This document shows, piece by piece, positions 1 through 8,391 of a stretch of DNA of 12,393 nt. The notes beneath the pieces are model-generated. The model worked only from the letters and a program-made list of their open reading frames with translations. It did not search any database and was not told the DNA's origin. A program made the translations under genes and the position numbers. The stretch's first letter is position 1. Each line of letters begins with the position of its first letter. The stretch comes from a virus, in UHGV virus genome UHGV-1616174; one strand, written 5' to 3'.

Positions 1-1005
1 TCCGATGCTGTAAATTTCCCCGGGTACCAGCCTTCCGGTTGGCCCTTGTGGTCCCTGTGGTCCGGTTTTACCATCCAACCCGGGCAGTCCCATCGGCCCT
101 CGCCCTCCGGCAGGGCCCTGTGGCCCCGTTTTACCCGCAGGACCTGCCGGACCAACCGGCCCCGGAACACCCTGTGCCCCCGCTGGTCCCCTTTCACCTC
201 GTGGCCCTGCCGGACCTGCCTTACCTTCCGCTCCGGCGGTACCATCCTTTCCTGCGGGGCCTGCCGGGCCTGCATCACCTTTGGGACCAGGTGCGCCAGC
301 CGGTCCCCGTGGGCCTGCGGGCCCCACTGCACCAGGTGCGCCAGGTTCCCCCCTGTCCCCCTTCGGTCCGGGGACTGCTGCCCGGGTTGCTGCCTCTTCT
401 GCCTTCGTTTTTGCTGCCTGCACTTCTGCCATTACCGCTTTCACAGCCTTTGGGGTTGCCGCTTTTGTTTCATCATCGCTGTTGGTATCGCTGCTCAGCT
501 GTACAACACCTTTCTGTGATGTGCTGGCATCCGGAACACTGGCGACACTGCCTGCGGGACCTGCCGGACCTGTTGCGCCGGGTTCACCTTTATCCCCTTT
601 CGGGCCGGTTTGCCCTGCCGGACCCTGTGGTCCGGGTGGTCCGGGTGGTCCGGCCTCTCCACGTGGGCCGGTGTCACCTTTCGGCCCCGGCTCACCTCTC
701 GGACCAGCATCCCCCTTTGGTCCCTGAGGCCCCCCCGGGTCTCCTTTTTCGCCTCTGGCCCCGGTTTCACCACGCGGCCCCATTGCTCCCTGTGGCCCGG
801 TCGCACCACGTGGGCCAGATGGCCCTGTTGCGCCAGCTGGCCCCTGCACTCCCTGAGGTCCCCGTTCTCCTGTATCACCTTTCTGGCCTGGTATGCCCTG
901 AGGTCCGCGCTCTCCCTGCTCACCTTTCTCCCCACGCGGACCCGCCGGACCTGTTTCACCACGAGGACCAGCATCACCTTTCGGCCCTGTATCGCCTTTA
1001 GGTCC
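1..1005 (-). repeat. Collagen-like (Gly-X-Y)n coding repeat region of the tail fibre gene, in two blocks (about 1..400 and 550..1005)
   Basis: The plus strand shows C-rich triplet periodicity (ccN ccN), and the plus-frame translations in the track are Pro/Gly-rich with no stops (39..1001, 281..727). Minus frame 0 reads as GPx/GxP triplets. Confidence 0.8.
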
Positions 1006-1692
1006 TCGTGCATTCTCAGCCATACGTCTGGCTTCTTCAGCACTAACCGTAGCAGCCTCAGCACGTTTAAGAACGTCTCCGGCGGCCTCCTGAGCCACTC
1101 TGGCGGTTTCAGCATGTTGTCTGGCCTCTTTCGCGTCTGCTGCCGCTGCCTTTTCAGACTCACCTGCCCGGGTCGCCGCCTCTGCCGCCTCACTGGCTTT
1201 TTGTGCAGACTCCGTCGCTTTGCTTGTCGCAGCCTTCGCGCTTTCTGATGCAGTCTTCGCACTGGCAGCAGCGCTTTCCTTCGACTGTGAAGCCTGATTA
1301 TTTTTCACCGCCGTGTCTTCGTTCAGACGACGAATCGTGGCAAGGTCATCCGCCACATTGTTCTGTATCTGCCGGAAATCTGTCAGCAGTTCTCCGGGTA
1401 TGCTCACCTCAACAAGACTGCGGCGTAACAGCATATTGAGCGTCACCGTACTTTCAGTCCCCTCAATACGCACACGTCCGTAGACAGCAGTCTTCCCTTT
1501 CACCGTCACAGAAACCGCATACTCCCCCGGCTCCAGCGTCATTCCGTAATACCCGCCGTCACGAGTCACTGCTGACGCACTGGTGCCGCTGAGCGCATCC
1601 GGTGAAACTGTCAGCGCCGTCAGGGTAATATTTGCGCCTGATATCGCCTCACCATCAGGAGATTTCAGCGTCCCCGAAACAACAACACTCAC
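1..1692 (-). CDS. Side tail fibre protein (Stf-like) with two collagen-like Gly-X-Y blocks; 3' end lies beyond the window start. Putative GTG start at 1690..1692.
   Basis: Hand translation of minus frame 0 gives [27 protein letters not shown]..., then an Ala/Ser/Lys-rich segment, then long runs of [12 protein letters not shown] triplets. Between the two collagen blocks (about plus 430..550) sits [30 protein letters not shown], which matches the conserved tail-fibre repeat I recall from lambda Stf ([29 protein letters not shown]). RBS GGAGG lies 6 nt upstream of the GTG. The six-frame track omits this ORF, presumably because it has no in-window stop. Frame continuity was checked by hand at several points, not computed. 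Confidence 0.8.
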   Translation of the reverse strand, partial: MSVVVSGTLKSPDGEAISGANITLTALTVSPDALSGTSASAVTRDGGYYGMTLEPGEYAVSVTVKGKTAVYGRVRIEGTESTVTLNMLLRRSLVEVSIPGELLTDFRQIQNNVADDLATIRRLNEDTAVKNNQASQSKESAAASAKTASESAKAATSKATESAQKASEAAEAATRAGESEKAAAADAKEARQHAETARVAQEAAGDVLKRAEAATVSAEEARRMAENARGPKGDTGPKGDAGPRGETGPAGPRGEKGEQGERGPQGIPGQKGDTGERGPQGVQGPAGATGPSGPRGATGPQGAMGPRGETGARGEKGDPGGPQGPKGDAGPRGEPGPKGDTGPRGEAGPPGPPGPQGPAGQTGPKGDKGEPGATGPAGPAGSVASVPDASTSQKGVVQLSSDTNSDDETKAATPKAVKAVMAEVQAAKTKAEEAATRAAVPGPKGDRGEPGAPGAVGPAGPRGPAGAPGPKGDAGPAGPAGKDGTAGAEGKAGPAGPRGERGPAGAQGVPGPVGPAGPAGKTGPQGPAGGRGPMGLPGLDGKTGPQGPQGPTGRLVPGEIYSIG

Positions 1693-2339
1693 ATTCCACC
1701 TCCGTTAAACACCTTCTTGCGGGCAGACAATGCACTGTCTGCACCCTGTTTAATCCCGAGCTGCTCAACAAAACTCTGATAATGTTGTGCTGCCAGTCCT
1801 GACTCTGCACCACCGGCTGCATCCTTGCTGAATGCACGAAACAACATCCAGTCAACCAGCGGGTTAACATAAGCCTCTTCCAGCGGTACAGGCGTGTCAT
1901 CATCCTGCGTCAGAACATACACCGCCTCCGGAATGCGGCTGACCACAGCATCAACACTCACAGCCTCCTCCGGTGCCGGAAACAGCCAGAACACGCGCGG
2001 GGCAAGATCACTGCTGATAAAGCATTCCGGTTTCCCCCTCAGCATGTGCCAGTCGGGATACTGTGCATCAAGCACCTCACGGGATTGCGGTTTTACAGCA
2101 CTGCCATCGCTGAGGCATATCACGTCAAGAAGCTGTATTGCGCCATCAGGCAAAGTCTGACGTGCACCAGGAACACAATTCAGCGTCTCCAGACTTGCGC
2201 CTGCATCCGGCCTTGCCAGAATCACCGCCCGCACAGCATCATTGTAATAATCACACAGCTCAGCCAGAGGCCAGCGCACCATCATCGGGTCAACCAGTTG
2301 CGTGTTCACTCGTCCGATGATTTCAGTAATCGTCGTCAT
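1689..2339 (-). CDS. Hypothetical virion-associated protein (216 aa), function unknown
   Basis: Complete ORF in the six-frame track. Its ATG overlaps the stop of the upstream gene by 1 nt, and its own stop overlaps the tail-fibre GTG. It lies between head genes and the tail fibre. No family recognised by eye. Confidence 0.6.
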   Translation of the reverse strand: MTTITEIIGRVNTQLVDPMMVRWPLAELCDYYNDAVRAVILARPDAGASLETLNCVPGARQTLPDGAIQLLDVICLSDGSAVKPQSREVLDAQYPDWHMLRGKPECFISSDLAPRVFWLFPAPEEAVSVDAVVSRIPEAVYVLTQDDDTPVPLEEAYVNPLVDWMLFRAFSKDAAGGAESGLAAQHYQSFVEQLGIKQGADSALSARKKVFNGGGM

Positions 2340-2902
2340 CAGTAAAACCTTTGTCTGCGGACAGGATTGCGGTATGAGGAGTACGGACTTGTCGCCAGTG
2401 TGTCGCGATATGCCCGACGGATACCCTCAGAAAACAGCACAGAGAAATACTGTGCGCGCGACGGGTCTGACCATGAAACCCCGGTCTGCATGAACAACCG
2501 TTCAAGCGCCCCTGCAGCCACTTCTTCAGACCATGCCCGCAGTTCATCCTGCACCTGACGGCTCCCTGCTTTCGGAGCAACGGCATAAAGCACACTCACC
2601 TCTCCGGGCGAACAGGCAAAATGCATTACCCGCCCCGGGCGGATTTCCACATCATGACCGGCAAAAAGCTCACGCCCGTCAGCGAGGATACGAATAATAT
2701 GTACGCACTCTTCATTCTCCGCGTCATATGGCAGCACACAGTCCTCTCCGGCTGACGGTGACAGCGTGGCTTCACGGCGGCACAACAGGGACTGACGGCA
2801 GAATGCCACTGCCGACATGGATAACGCATCCGTCATCATAATGTTCAGCGGACCACTGATATGGCGACGGACATACGGTAAAAAATCAGTCAGTTCCGCC
2901 AT
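2339..2902 (-). CDS. Hypothetical protein (187 aa from the internal ATG at 2900..2902; the track ORF extends to 2962)
   Basis: ORF 2339..2962 in the track. I chose the ATG beginning MAELTDFLPY because it overlaps the upstream gene stop by only 17 nt, consistent with translational coupling. Function unknown. Confidence 0.55.
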   Translation of the reverse strand: MAELTDFLPYVRRHISGPLNIMMTDALSMSAVAFCRQSLLCRREATLSPSAGEDCVLPYDAENEECVHIIRILADGRELFAGHDVEIRPGRVMHFACSPGEVSVLYAVAPKAGSRQVQDELRAWSEEVAAGALERLFMQTGVSWSDPSRAQYFSVLFSEGIRRAYRDTLATSPYSSYRNPVRRQRFY

Positions 2903-3347
2903 GCTGTTCAGTCTCCGCAACACGACGGCGAAATGCCTCACGCACACGGACACGAAATGCATCAGCCGTTTCTTTCGGGTCTTTGTGAATATTCAGCTCT
3001 TCTGCCTCACACAACGTTGCCAGCCGTGCGGACGTGAGTTTGCTCAAATCCACATCCTGACCACCAACGCTAACCACAAAACTGTTCTCCGCTTCTGCAA
3101 GAGCAACCTGTTCTCTTTCCTGCGCCTGCTGTGCCTGCCGCAACTGCTCATCCTGTTGTTGCTTTTTGAGCACACCATCAAGCTCTTCATGACGAACCCA
3201 GACATCCGGAAAGGCCAGCAACTGCCAGGCAAGCGCGCTGTCAACATGCACCGGCTCAAGACGCGGGAACAGTGTACGACTCCCGGTAAGGGTATCCTTT
3301 TTCACGGGTTTGGGGCCGATATAGACAACGGCAATTTTCTCGCTCAT
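2886..3347 (-). CDS. Hypothetical protein (153 aa) with a Gln/Glu-rich helical middle segment; possible head-completion or connector protein
   Basis: Complete ORF. It begins about 15 nt downstream of a terminator-like hairpin. Contains KKQQQDEQLRQAQQAQEREQ. No family recognised. Confidence 0.55.
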   Translation of the reverse strand: MSEKIAVVYIGPKPVKKDTLTGSRTLFPRLEPVHVDSALAWQLLAFPDVWVRHEELDGVLKKQQQDEQLRQAQQAQEREQVALAEAENSFVVSVGGQDVDLSKLTSARLATLCEAEELNIHKDPKETADAFRVRVREAFRRRVAETEQHGGTD

Positions 3348-3361
3348 ATAATTCCCCGGAT

Positions 3362-3384
3362 AAAAAAGCCCGCATGACGCGGGC
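3362..3384 (-). terminator. Putative rho-independent terminator after the 130-aa gene
   Basis: Minus-strand RNA has stem GCCCGC, loop of about 5 nt, stem GCGGGC, followed by UUUUUUAUCC (plus strand aaaaaa gcccgc atgac gcgggc). Located 14 nt after the stop of the 130-aa CDS. Confidence 0.55.
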
Positions 3385-3397
3385 CGGAAGGTTTATA

Positions 3398-3790
3398 TCA
3401 GTATCCCACCACGGTATAACGCAGCAGAACATTCAGGGTACCGGTTGCAGCTGCTGTCTTAATGGTGACCGTAACCAGCTCTCCGTCACGCTGTGTGGTG
3501 TACGGCTCCACTGGCACATACTTGGTAAAGCTGGCAGTTACTGCACCACTGTCACCAATGAGTTCATGTTCGCCAGATTTAACGCTGACAGTTGCTGTGC
3601 CGCCAAGTCCCTTGGTAGAAACCAGCTGTAACGCATTAATACGAACACCGATCGGCAACGAAAAAAGATGAATAACACTGTCCGCTTCCGCAGCATTCAC
3701 AGTAAACACACCTTCTGCCACCGACTCATTACCGTGCGTACCCGTATAGACCCGTTCACTCAGTGACGGGGCAAGGATGGTCTTTGCCAT
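3398..3790 (-). CDS. Hypothetical small virion protein (130 aa), beta-rich; candidate capsid decoration or Ig-like accessory protein
   Basis: Complete ORF with RBS AGGAG 8 nt upstream of the ATG. Sits immediately after the major capsid gene and is bracketed by hairpin/T-run terminators on both sides. Sequence is Val/Thr/Gly-rich, suggesting beta structure. Confidence 0.6.
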   Translation of the reverse strand: MAKTILAPSLSERVYTGTHGNESVAEGVFTVNAAEADSVIHLFSLPIGVRINALQLVSTKGLGGTATVSVKSGEHELIGDSGAVTASFTKYVPVEPYTTQRDGELVTVTIKTAAATGTLNVLLRYTVVGY

Positions 3791-3805
3791 AATTAATGAC
3801 TCCTG

Positions 3806-3828
3806 AAAAAGCCGGGCGATAACCCGGC
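3806..3828 (-). terminator. Putative rho-independent terminator after the major capsid gene
   Basis: Minus-strand RNA has stem GCCGGG, loop UUAUCG, stem CCCGGC, then UUUUUCAGGAG. The U-tract runs directly into the RBS of the 130-aa gene. Confidence 0.55.
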
Positions 3829-3844
3829 ATGAGGAAAGGAAAAA

Positions 3845-5059
3845 TCAGAGCTTCACTGCGGTATCAACAGCAATCACACCGTGATCCTGCATCCTGCCGC
3901 TCTTCTCCGGGAAACGGATTTTTTTCAGACCGTTGATCCAGCTGATTGCTATCTCAGTACGGTTATCCATATCCGTTTTCTTCTCAACCATGTTGAAGTG
4001 ACCGCCGCCCTTCTGACCGTACGCATTCGCCAGTGCCTGAGCACCCAGCAGCATGGCGCGGTCAATGTTGGTTGCGGCCTGCTTCTCTTCTGTGGTTGCC
4101 GTCAGGTCGTTTTTCGATACCAGAACCTTTGACCCCTGATAGAAACGGATCGGCATCCCCGCATACTTGCGGACCAGGATATTGCGCCACATCGCACATT
4201 CGCCTTTGAACAACGGATGATTAAACCCTTTTGAACGGTTCACGGCACGCGTCATCATCTGGTTCCAGTCCTTGCCGGACGTGGAGGTGTACCAGTCATT
4301 CCACTGACGCGGCGTAACGTACAGGACGTAATACGGATCTTCGCCATGCAGTTCATCTCCGGACAGACGCACCGGCTGTAACGGATGGGCCATCTCGTCA
4401 ATAAACAGCGAGAGATTATCGACCAGCCCAAGGGTGAACAGGTCTGACTGATCAATACCGTCAAAACTCGTCGCATCACCACCAAAAAAATGACGGTCAT
4501 ACGTCGGCGGCAGTACGTCGTTGATCATGATTTTTTTGAATTCAGGGTGATCTGCCGTTGGCAGAATGGTGTCGTCAGCAACAAAATCACCACGGGCACC
4601 GGCAAGATGCACTATCGCACACTGGTCCTGCAGGTCGTTAAAGTACGTACCCAGCAGCGTTCTGGCAGAGGATGCCAGGTTGAACTTCGTACGCTGCTGG
4701 CTCATACGTCCGCCCGCATCCACCAGGTGACGGCCCTGATTAATTTTCAGGGAAAAATCAGCATGGCTGAGGTCTTCACCACGGCCTTCAACGCGCTCAT
4801 CCCCCATCGTCGGACGTTTAGAGAGTTTGTGCATGATGCTGAACGTCACTTCATCACCGGCCTGTTTGTTGAGGTCCGTGATTCGCACAACCGGTGCACC
4901 GGCACTGGTCTGCTTCGTGCTTTTCTTGTCAGGCGAAACTGCTTTTGGTGCATCCTGCTGTTCAGTGAGTATATTCACCATTGAGCGGTTGCGGTTGGCA
5001 GCCGTGAAAAGCGCCACCTGATACAGCTTATTCGCCTGGGCTGTTGTTACTGTGGTCAT
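3845..5059 (-). CDS. Major capsid (coat) protein, 404 aa
   Basis: Complete ORF with RBS AAGGAG upstream. Position is immediately after the scaffold-like gene and before a terminator, and the size is typical for a coat protein. Assignment rests on synteny and size; no specific fold was recognised by eye. Confidence 0.6.
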   Translation of the reverse strand: MTTVTTAQANKLYQVALFTAANRNRSMVNILTEQQDAPKAVSPDKKSTKQTSAGAPVVRITDLNKQAGDEVTFSIMHKLSKRPTMGDERVEGRGEDLSHADFSLKINQGRHLVDAGGRMSQQRTKFNLASSARTLLGTYFNDLQDQCAIVHLAGARGDFVADDTILPTADHPEFKKIMINDVLPPTYDRHFFGGDATSFDGIDQSDLFTLGLVDNLSLFIDEMAHPLQPVRLSGDELHGEDPYYVLYVTPRQWNDWYTSTSGKDWNQMMTRAVNRSKGFNHPLFKGECAMWRNILVRKYAGMPIRFYQGSKVLVSKNDLTATTEEKQAATNIDRAMLLGAQALANAYGQKGGGHFNMVEKKTDMDNRTEIAISWINGLKKIRFPEKSGRMQDHGVIAVDTAVKL

Positions 5060-5081
5060 TACGTCAGTACTCCTTCAGTGG

Positions 5082-6089
5082 TTACCCGAGTTTTTCCAGA
5101 ATCGCGTCAATTTCAGCGTCCGTCATGCCTCGCATGGCTGCTTCAATTTCGGTATGGGAAGCACCAAGTAACCGTTCAAAATTATCACCGGTTCCGACGG
5201 AAGCCGTGTTGCCAAGCTCTGACGGGGAAGCAGGCACTGCCATCTCCCGTTCAGCGGCTTTCACTTTTTCTTCCGCCGTTTTCCGGATATCCGTGTTGTC
5301 TGCCTTGTCATCAGAAGGCGGCTCACTGGCTTCACCGAAAGCAAGCTGCGTACGGCGGGCCACTTCGGCGAAACGTTCAGTGAGCGGTTTGTCTTTCCAT
5401 GCGGGGTCATTCTGGAGCTTCCCGTCGATGGATACGGCAACCGAGAAGCGATCCGGATCGGAGTTCTGCCATGTTTTCAGCACCGGCACGGCATTCATCG
5501 CATCAAGAACCGGTGATAAATCCTCACCACCATGACCTTCTGCCTGCTGTGCTGATTGCTGAACACGGGACTGGAGATAGTTATTTTTACGGATGAGCGA
5601 AGCCACCGCGTCACCAATTTCCGGATACATCTCCCTGATACGGGCAATCTTCTCATCAGAGATTTTTTCGTTTTCCGGTAACGGTGCGGGTTTCATACCG
5701 GCCTGGTGGATCTGAGACGTCAGCAGTTCAACCAGGCGTTTTTCTTCGGCTATCTGTCCCCGAAGAAGTGCGGCTTCCTGTTCGGCCCGCTGCTTACCGG
5801 AACGTTCAGCCTCAAGGACTTCATAGGGAATGACGTGTTTACCATCGCGGGTGAGCACACCCTTCGCCTCCGGCTCCTTCACGTCCTGCGTCTGCTCAGC
5901 ACTGGCATCCGGCGTCGGTGCCGCAGTGTTATCGCCCGTCTGTGTCTGTGCTGCCTCATCCGCATGATTTTCTGTGGCGGCCTCTGTCACGCCGTCCTGT
6001 TCGTGACCGTCAATATCCACATCCCCAAGCCCTTCCAGCATTTTTTCCAGTTGTTCCGGGGTTTCTTCACCCGTAAATTCAAAATCCAT
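5082..6089 (-). CDS. Scaffolding protein (335 aa), acidic and helical
   Basis: Complete ORF located between portal and capsid genes. Highly acidic, Ala/Glu/Gln-rich, with predicted coiled-coil character. No protease motifs noticed. RBS GGAG upstream. Confidence 0.55.
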   Translation of the reverse strand: MDFEFTGEETPEQLEKMLEGLGDVDIDGHEQDGVTEAATENHADEAAQTQTGDNTAAPTPDASAEQTQDVKEPEAKGVLTRDGKHVIPYEVLEAERSGKQRAEQEAALLRGQIAEEKRLVELLTSQIHQAGMKPAPLPENEKISDEKIARIREMYPEIGDAVASLIRKNNYLQSRVQQSAQQAEGHGGEDLSPVLDAMNAVPVLKTWQNSDPDRFSVAVSIDGKLQNDPAWKDKPLTERFAEVARRTQLAFGEASEPPSDDKADNTDIRKTAEEKVKAAEREMAVPASPSELGNTASVGTGDNFERLLGASHTEIEAAMRGMTDAEIDAILEKLG

Positions 6090-6200
6090 AAATAACTCCG
6101 CATGGTCTGTTTATCGGACAGATCCGAATGGTTGAGTAAATAAGGCTTATCGCTGCCCCCGCGAATAAGCGCACCGCTCCCGGAACGCTTATCTCCGGAA

Positions 6201-6228
6201 ACAAAAAACCCCGTACGATGACGGGGTT
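6201..6228 (-). terminator. Putative rho-independent terminator immediately downstream of the portal gene
   Basis: Minus-strand RNA reads AACCCCGU-CAUCGU-ACGGGGUUUUUUGUUU: a GC-rich 6 to 8 bp stem, 6-nt loop and U6 tract, starting 19 nt after the portal stop. Confidence 0.6.
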
Positions 6229-6246
6229 CCGTTAAGTTCAGGATTT

Positions 6247-8391
6247 TCAGAGCGGCATTTCATGCATCCGCTGTTGTAGTGTATGCAGCATCTGTTGCTG
6301 AAGAACTTCCTGCTCCTGTTCCATATTCTGTATGCCGGTAATGATTTCTGCCGTATGTGCCTGGTTAAGCGCATCCACATAACGCTGTCCCTGTGCCGCG
6401 GCGACATCCCGTTGTGCGCCAGCATTATCCCGTTGCGCAGCCGCGCGTGCCCTGGCAGCTTCTGCTTCCAGTTTAGCCACCCGGCCTGTCATTTCGCGCA
6501 TCTGAAGTTCTGCCTGCTGTTGCTCCAGCGCCTGCTGTTGTGCTGCCGCTTCCTGCTCTTCCGGAGTCATCTCATCCGGTGATTTTGGCGTCCCCAGCGC
6601 CGCACGAATACGTTCGACAAATTCCTGTTTCTGCGGCACATCCAGAAGATTAACCCACAGATCGAGCACAACAGCCTGCACCTGAGGCGGCAGCCCCTGA
6701 ATAACCTCTGACATTCTCTGTGCAAGCTGTGCCTTAAACGCCGGTGTCTGCTGAACAGGAGCCAGCGCAATATGTGTATTTAACCTTGAAATATCATTGG
6801 TCAGTTCACCATTATCACCTTCAGCATTGAGGACAATGGTCTGGCGACGCTGACGATCATCGCGATTAATCACCACCGCATGATTGCGCCGCTTTTTCAG
6901 GTCATCAAGAAGATAAGCGAGCAACAGCCTTCCCACCTGCTGGCAGGCAAACTGGTAGTTATCGTTGATTTCGGCAAGGGTTGTGGCTCCCTGCTCCACC
7001 AGGTTGCTGATCGCCACACCGGACGATGCATTTGAATCCTGCCCGAGAAATGCGGAATAAACCCCCATCGTGTCCTGGATAAGTTTTTCCGACTCCTGCA
7101 TGACCTGAAACTGCTGGCTGGCAACCTGAAAATCCTGTTCAACCCGGAAAACATCAGCAACGCTTTTCTGATTTTTTCGGGCCGGATTCAGTTTAATAAT
7201 GCCATCCGGACGCTCGATCTGCTCCATCAGCTCGTTGTCTGACAACTGGGTGGCATCCTCGTCCATAATCACGCGTTTGGCCTGAAGCAACCACGTCAGT
7301 TTTATACGACGAAAATTCACCTCATCCTGTGCCGGAATGGCCCGGGAAATCAGCCCGTAAGGCTCCCCGGTTTTATCCTTCCGGTATCCCCAGAAGGGAA
7401 CCAGCGGGAACATCCCCTGCGGCGCACTGCAGGGGCGATCCACAATAAAGTGCGGTCCCACAAACCAGGCTTCACGAATACGACTTACCCGCCCGACTCT
7501 CACCTGCACCCGCCCGGATGCCACAGCCACCGCATGCATCAGATTATTTTTATCAAAGGCCACCACCCGTCCATTACTGAGTTCAATCACCGGAAGACGC
7601 TCGAATGTACGGTAATAAACCACCTGAAGCAGCACACGACGGCGTTCACGCTGAAGCCATTCGTTCTGCTGTCGATCCCATGACTGATACTCTTCCCATG
7701 CACTCATCAACGGACTGGGCTGGCCTTCAGTAACCGTGGTATCGACAAAACCACGCCAGTCATCAATGGCATAATCGATAACCTGAGCCATTCCCGGAAA
7801 TGTGGCTTTTGCCTCATCGGTATCCATCCAGCGGCGGCGCATCAGCCAGCGGCAGTCACTTAAATCAGCCTCCCGGCTGAGCCAGTCCCAGAACACTTCA
7901 TTCCGGCTGACAGTAGACACCTTAAACTCAGGCCCGAACGGATCGCTGTTCCGTCTGACCTCCACCCAGCTGAGCCCCGCTTTGATTTGTTCCGCATAGG
8001 CATCAGAACGGGCTTTATTCATATTTCCAAGGCGGCAAGCATCGGCAAATTCAGCATTAATAGCTTCAGCCAGTTTTTCTGTTTCATCATCAGGATCATC
8101 TGATATCACCAACAGATCAGTCCGCGTTTTGGCCTCCATACCCAGAACACCATCAACGGTAGGCGCGATGAGGTTATGGATGGTCATCGGCTGACCGCGA
8201 TCTTTCAACACCTGGAGAACTTCCAGTGGCAACTGGTCACCATCGTAATACGCACAGGCCTTGTTTGCGGCATCGCGCCATTTAGGCTGACTGTCAATAT
8301 CAGAACAAAGCGCCTGTAACTGGCGCTGAGAAAAACGCGGCGTGGCTCCGTTGTCGTTTTTCGTCGCCATGGTATTAGTTTCATTTTTCAT
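6247..8391 (-). CDS. Portal protein (714 aa) with a long Gln/Ala/Glu-rich helical C-terminal extension
   Basis: Complete ORF whose start overlaps the terminase large subunit stop by 1 nt. Size and position are portal-typical. The C-terminal roughly 120 aa (EEQEAAAQQQALEQQQAELQ...AEAARARAAAQRD...) resembles the helical barrel extension of P22-type portals, from memory. Confidence 0.8.
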   Translation of the reverse strand: MKNETNTMATKNDNGATPRFSQRQLQALCSDIDSQPKWRDAANKACAYYDGDQLPLEVLQVLKDRGQPMTIHNLIAPTVDGVLGMEAKTRTDLLVISDDPDDETEKLAEAINAEFADACRLGNMNKARSDAYAEQIKAGLSWVEVRRNSDPFGPEFKVSTVSRNEVFWDWLSREADLSDCRWLMRRRWMDTDEAKATFPGMAQVIDYAIDDWRGFVDTTVTEGQPSPLMSAWEEYQSWDRQQNEWLQRERRRVLLQVVYYRTFERLPVIELSNGRVVAFDKNNLMHAVAVASGRVQVRVGRVSRIREAWFVGPHFIVDRPCSAPQGMFPLVPFWGYRKDKTGEPYGLISRAIPAQDEVNFRRIKLTWLLQAKRVIMDEDATQLSDNELMEQIERPDGIIKLNPARKNQKSVADVFRVEQDFQVASQQFQVMQESEKLIQDTMGVYSAFLGQDSNASSGVAISNLVEQGATTLAEINDNYQFACQQVGRLLLAYLLDDLKKRRNHAVVINRDDRQRRQTIVLNAEGDNGELTNDISRLNTHIALAPVQQTPAFKAQLAQRMSEVIQGLPPQVQAVVLDLWVNLLDVPQKQEFVERIRAALGTPKSPDEMTPEEQEAAAQQQALEQQQAELQMREMTGRVAKLEAEAARARAAAQRDNAGAQRDVAAAQGQRYVDALNQAHTAEIITGIQNMEQEQEVLQQQMLHTLQQRMHEMPL

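Noticed and set aside
39-1248. Plus-strand ORFs 39..1001, 46..519, 281..727 and 610..1248 with Pro/Gly-rich translations
   Set aside because: They are antisense to the collagen-like tail fibre gene. GXY-coding DNA is GC-rich and stop-poor in several frames, so long spurious ORFs are expected. The minus-strand frame carries the recognisable fibre N-terminal domain and the conserved fibre motif.
495-1262. Minus-strand ORF of 255 aa ([13 protein letters not shown]...), very Arg-rich
   Set aside because: It is out of frame relative to the tail fibre reading frame and has an implausible composition. It is a frame-shifted shadow of the repeat region.
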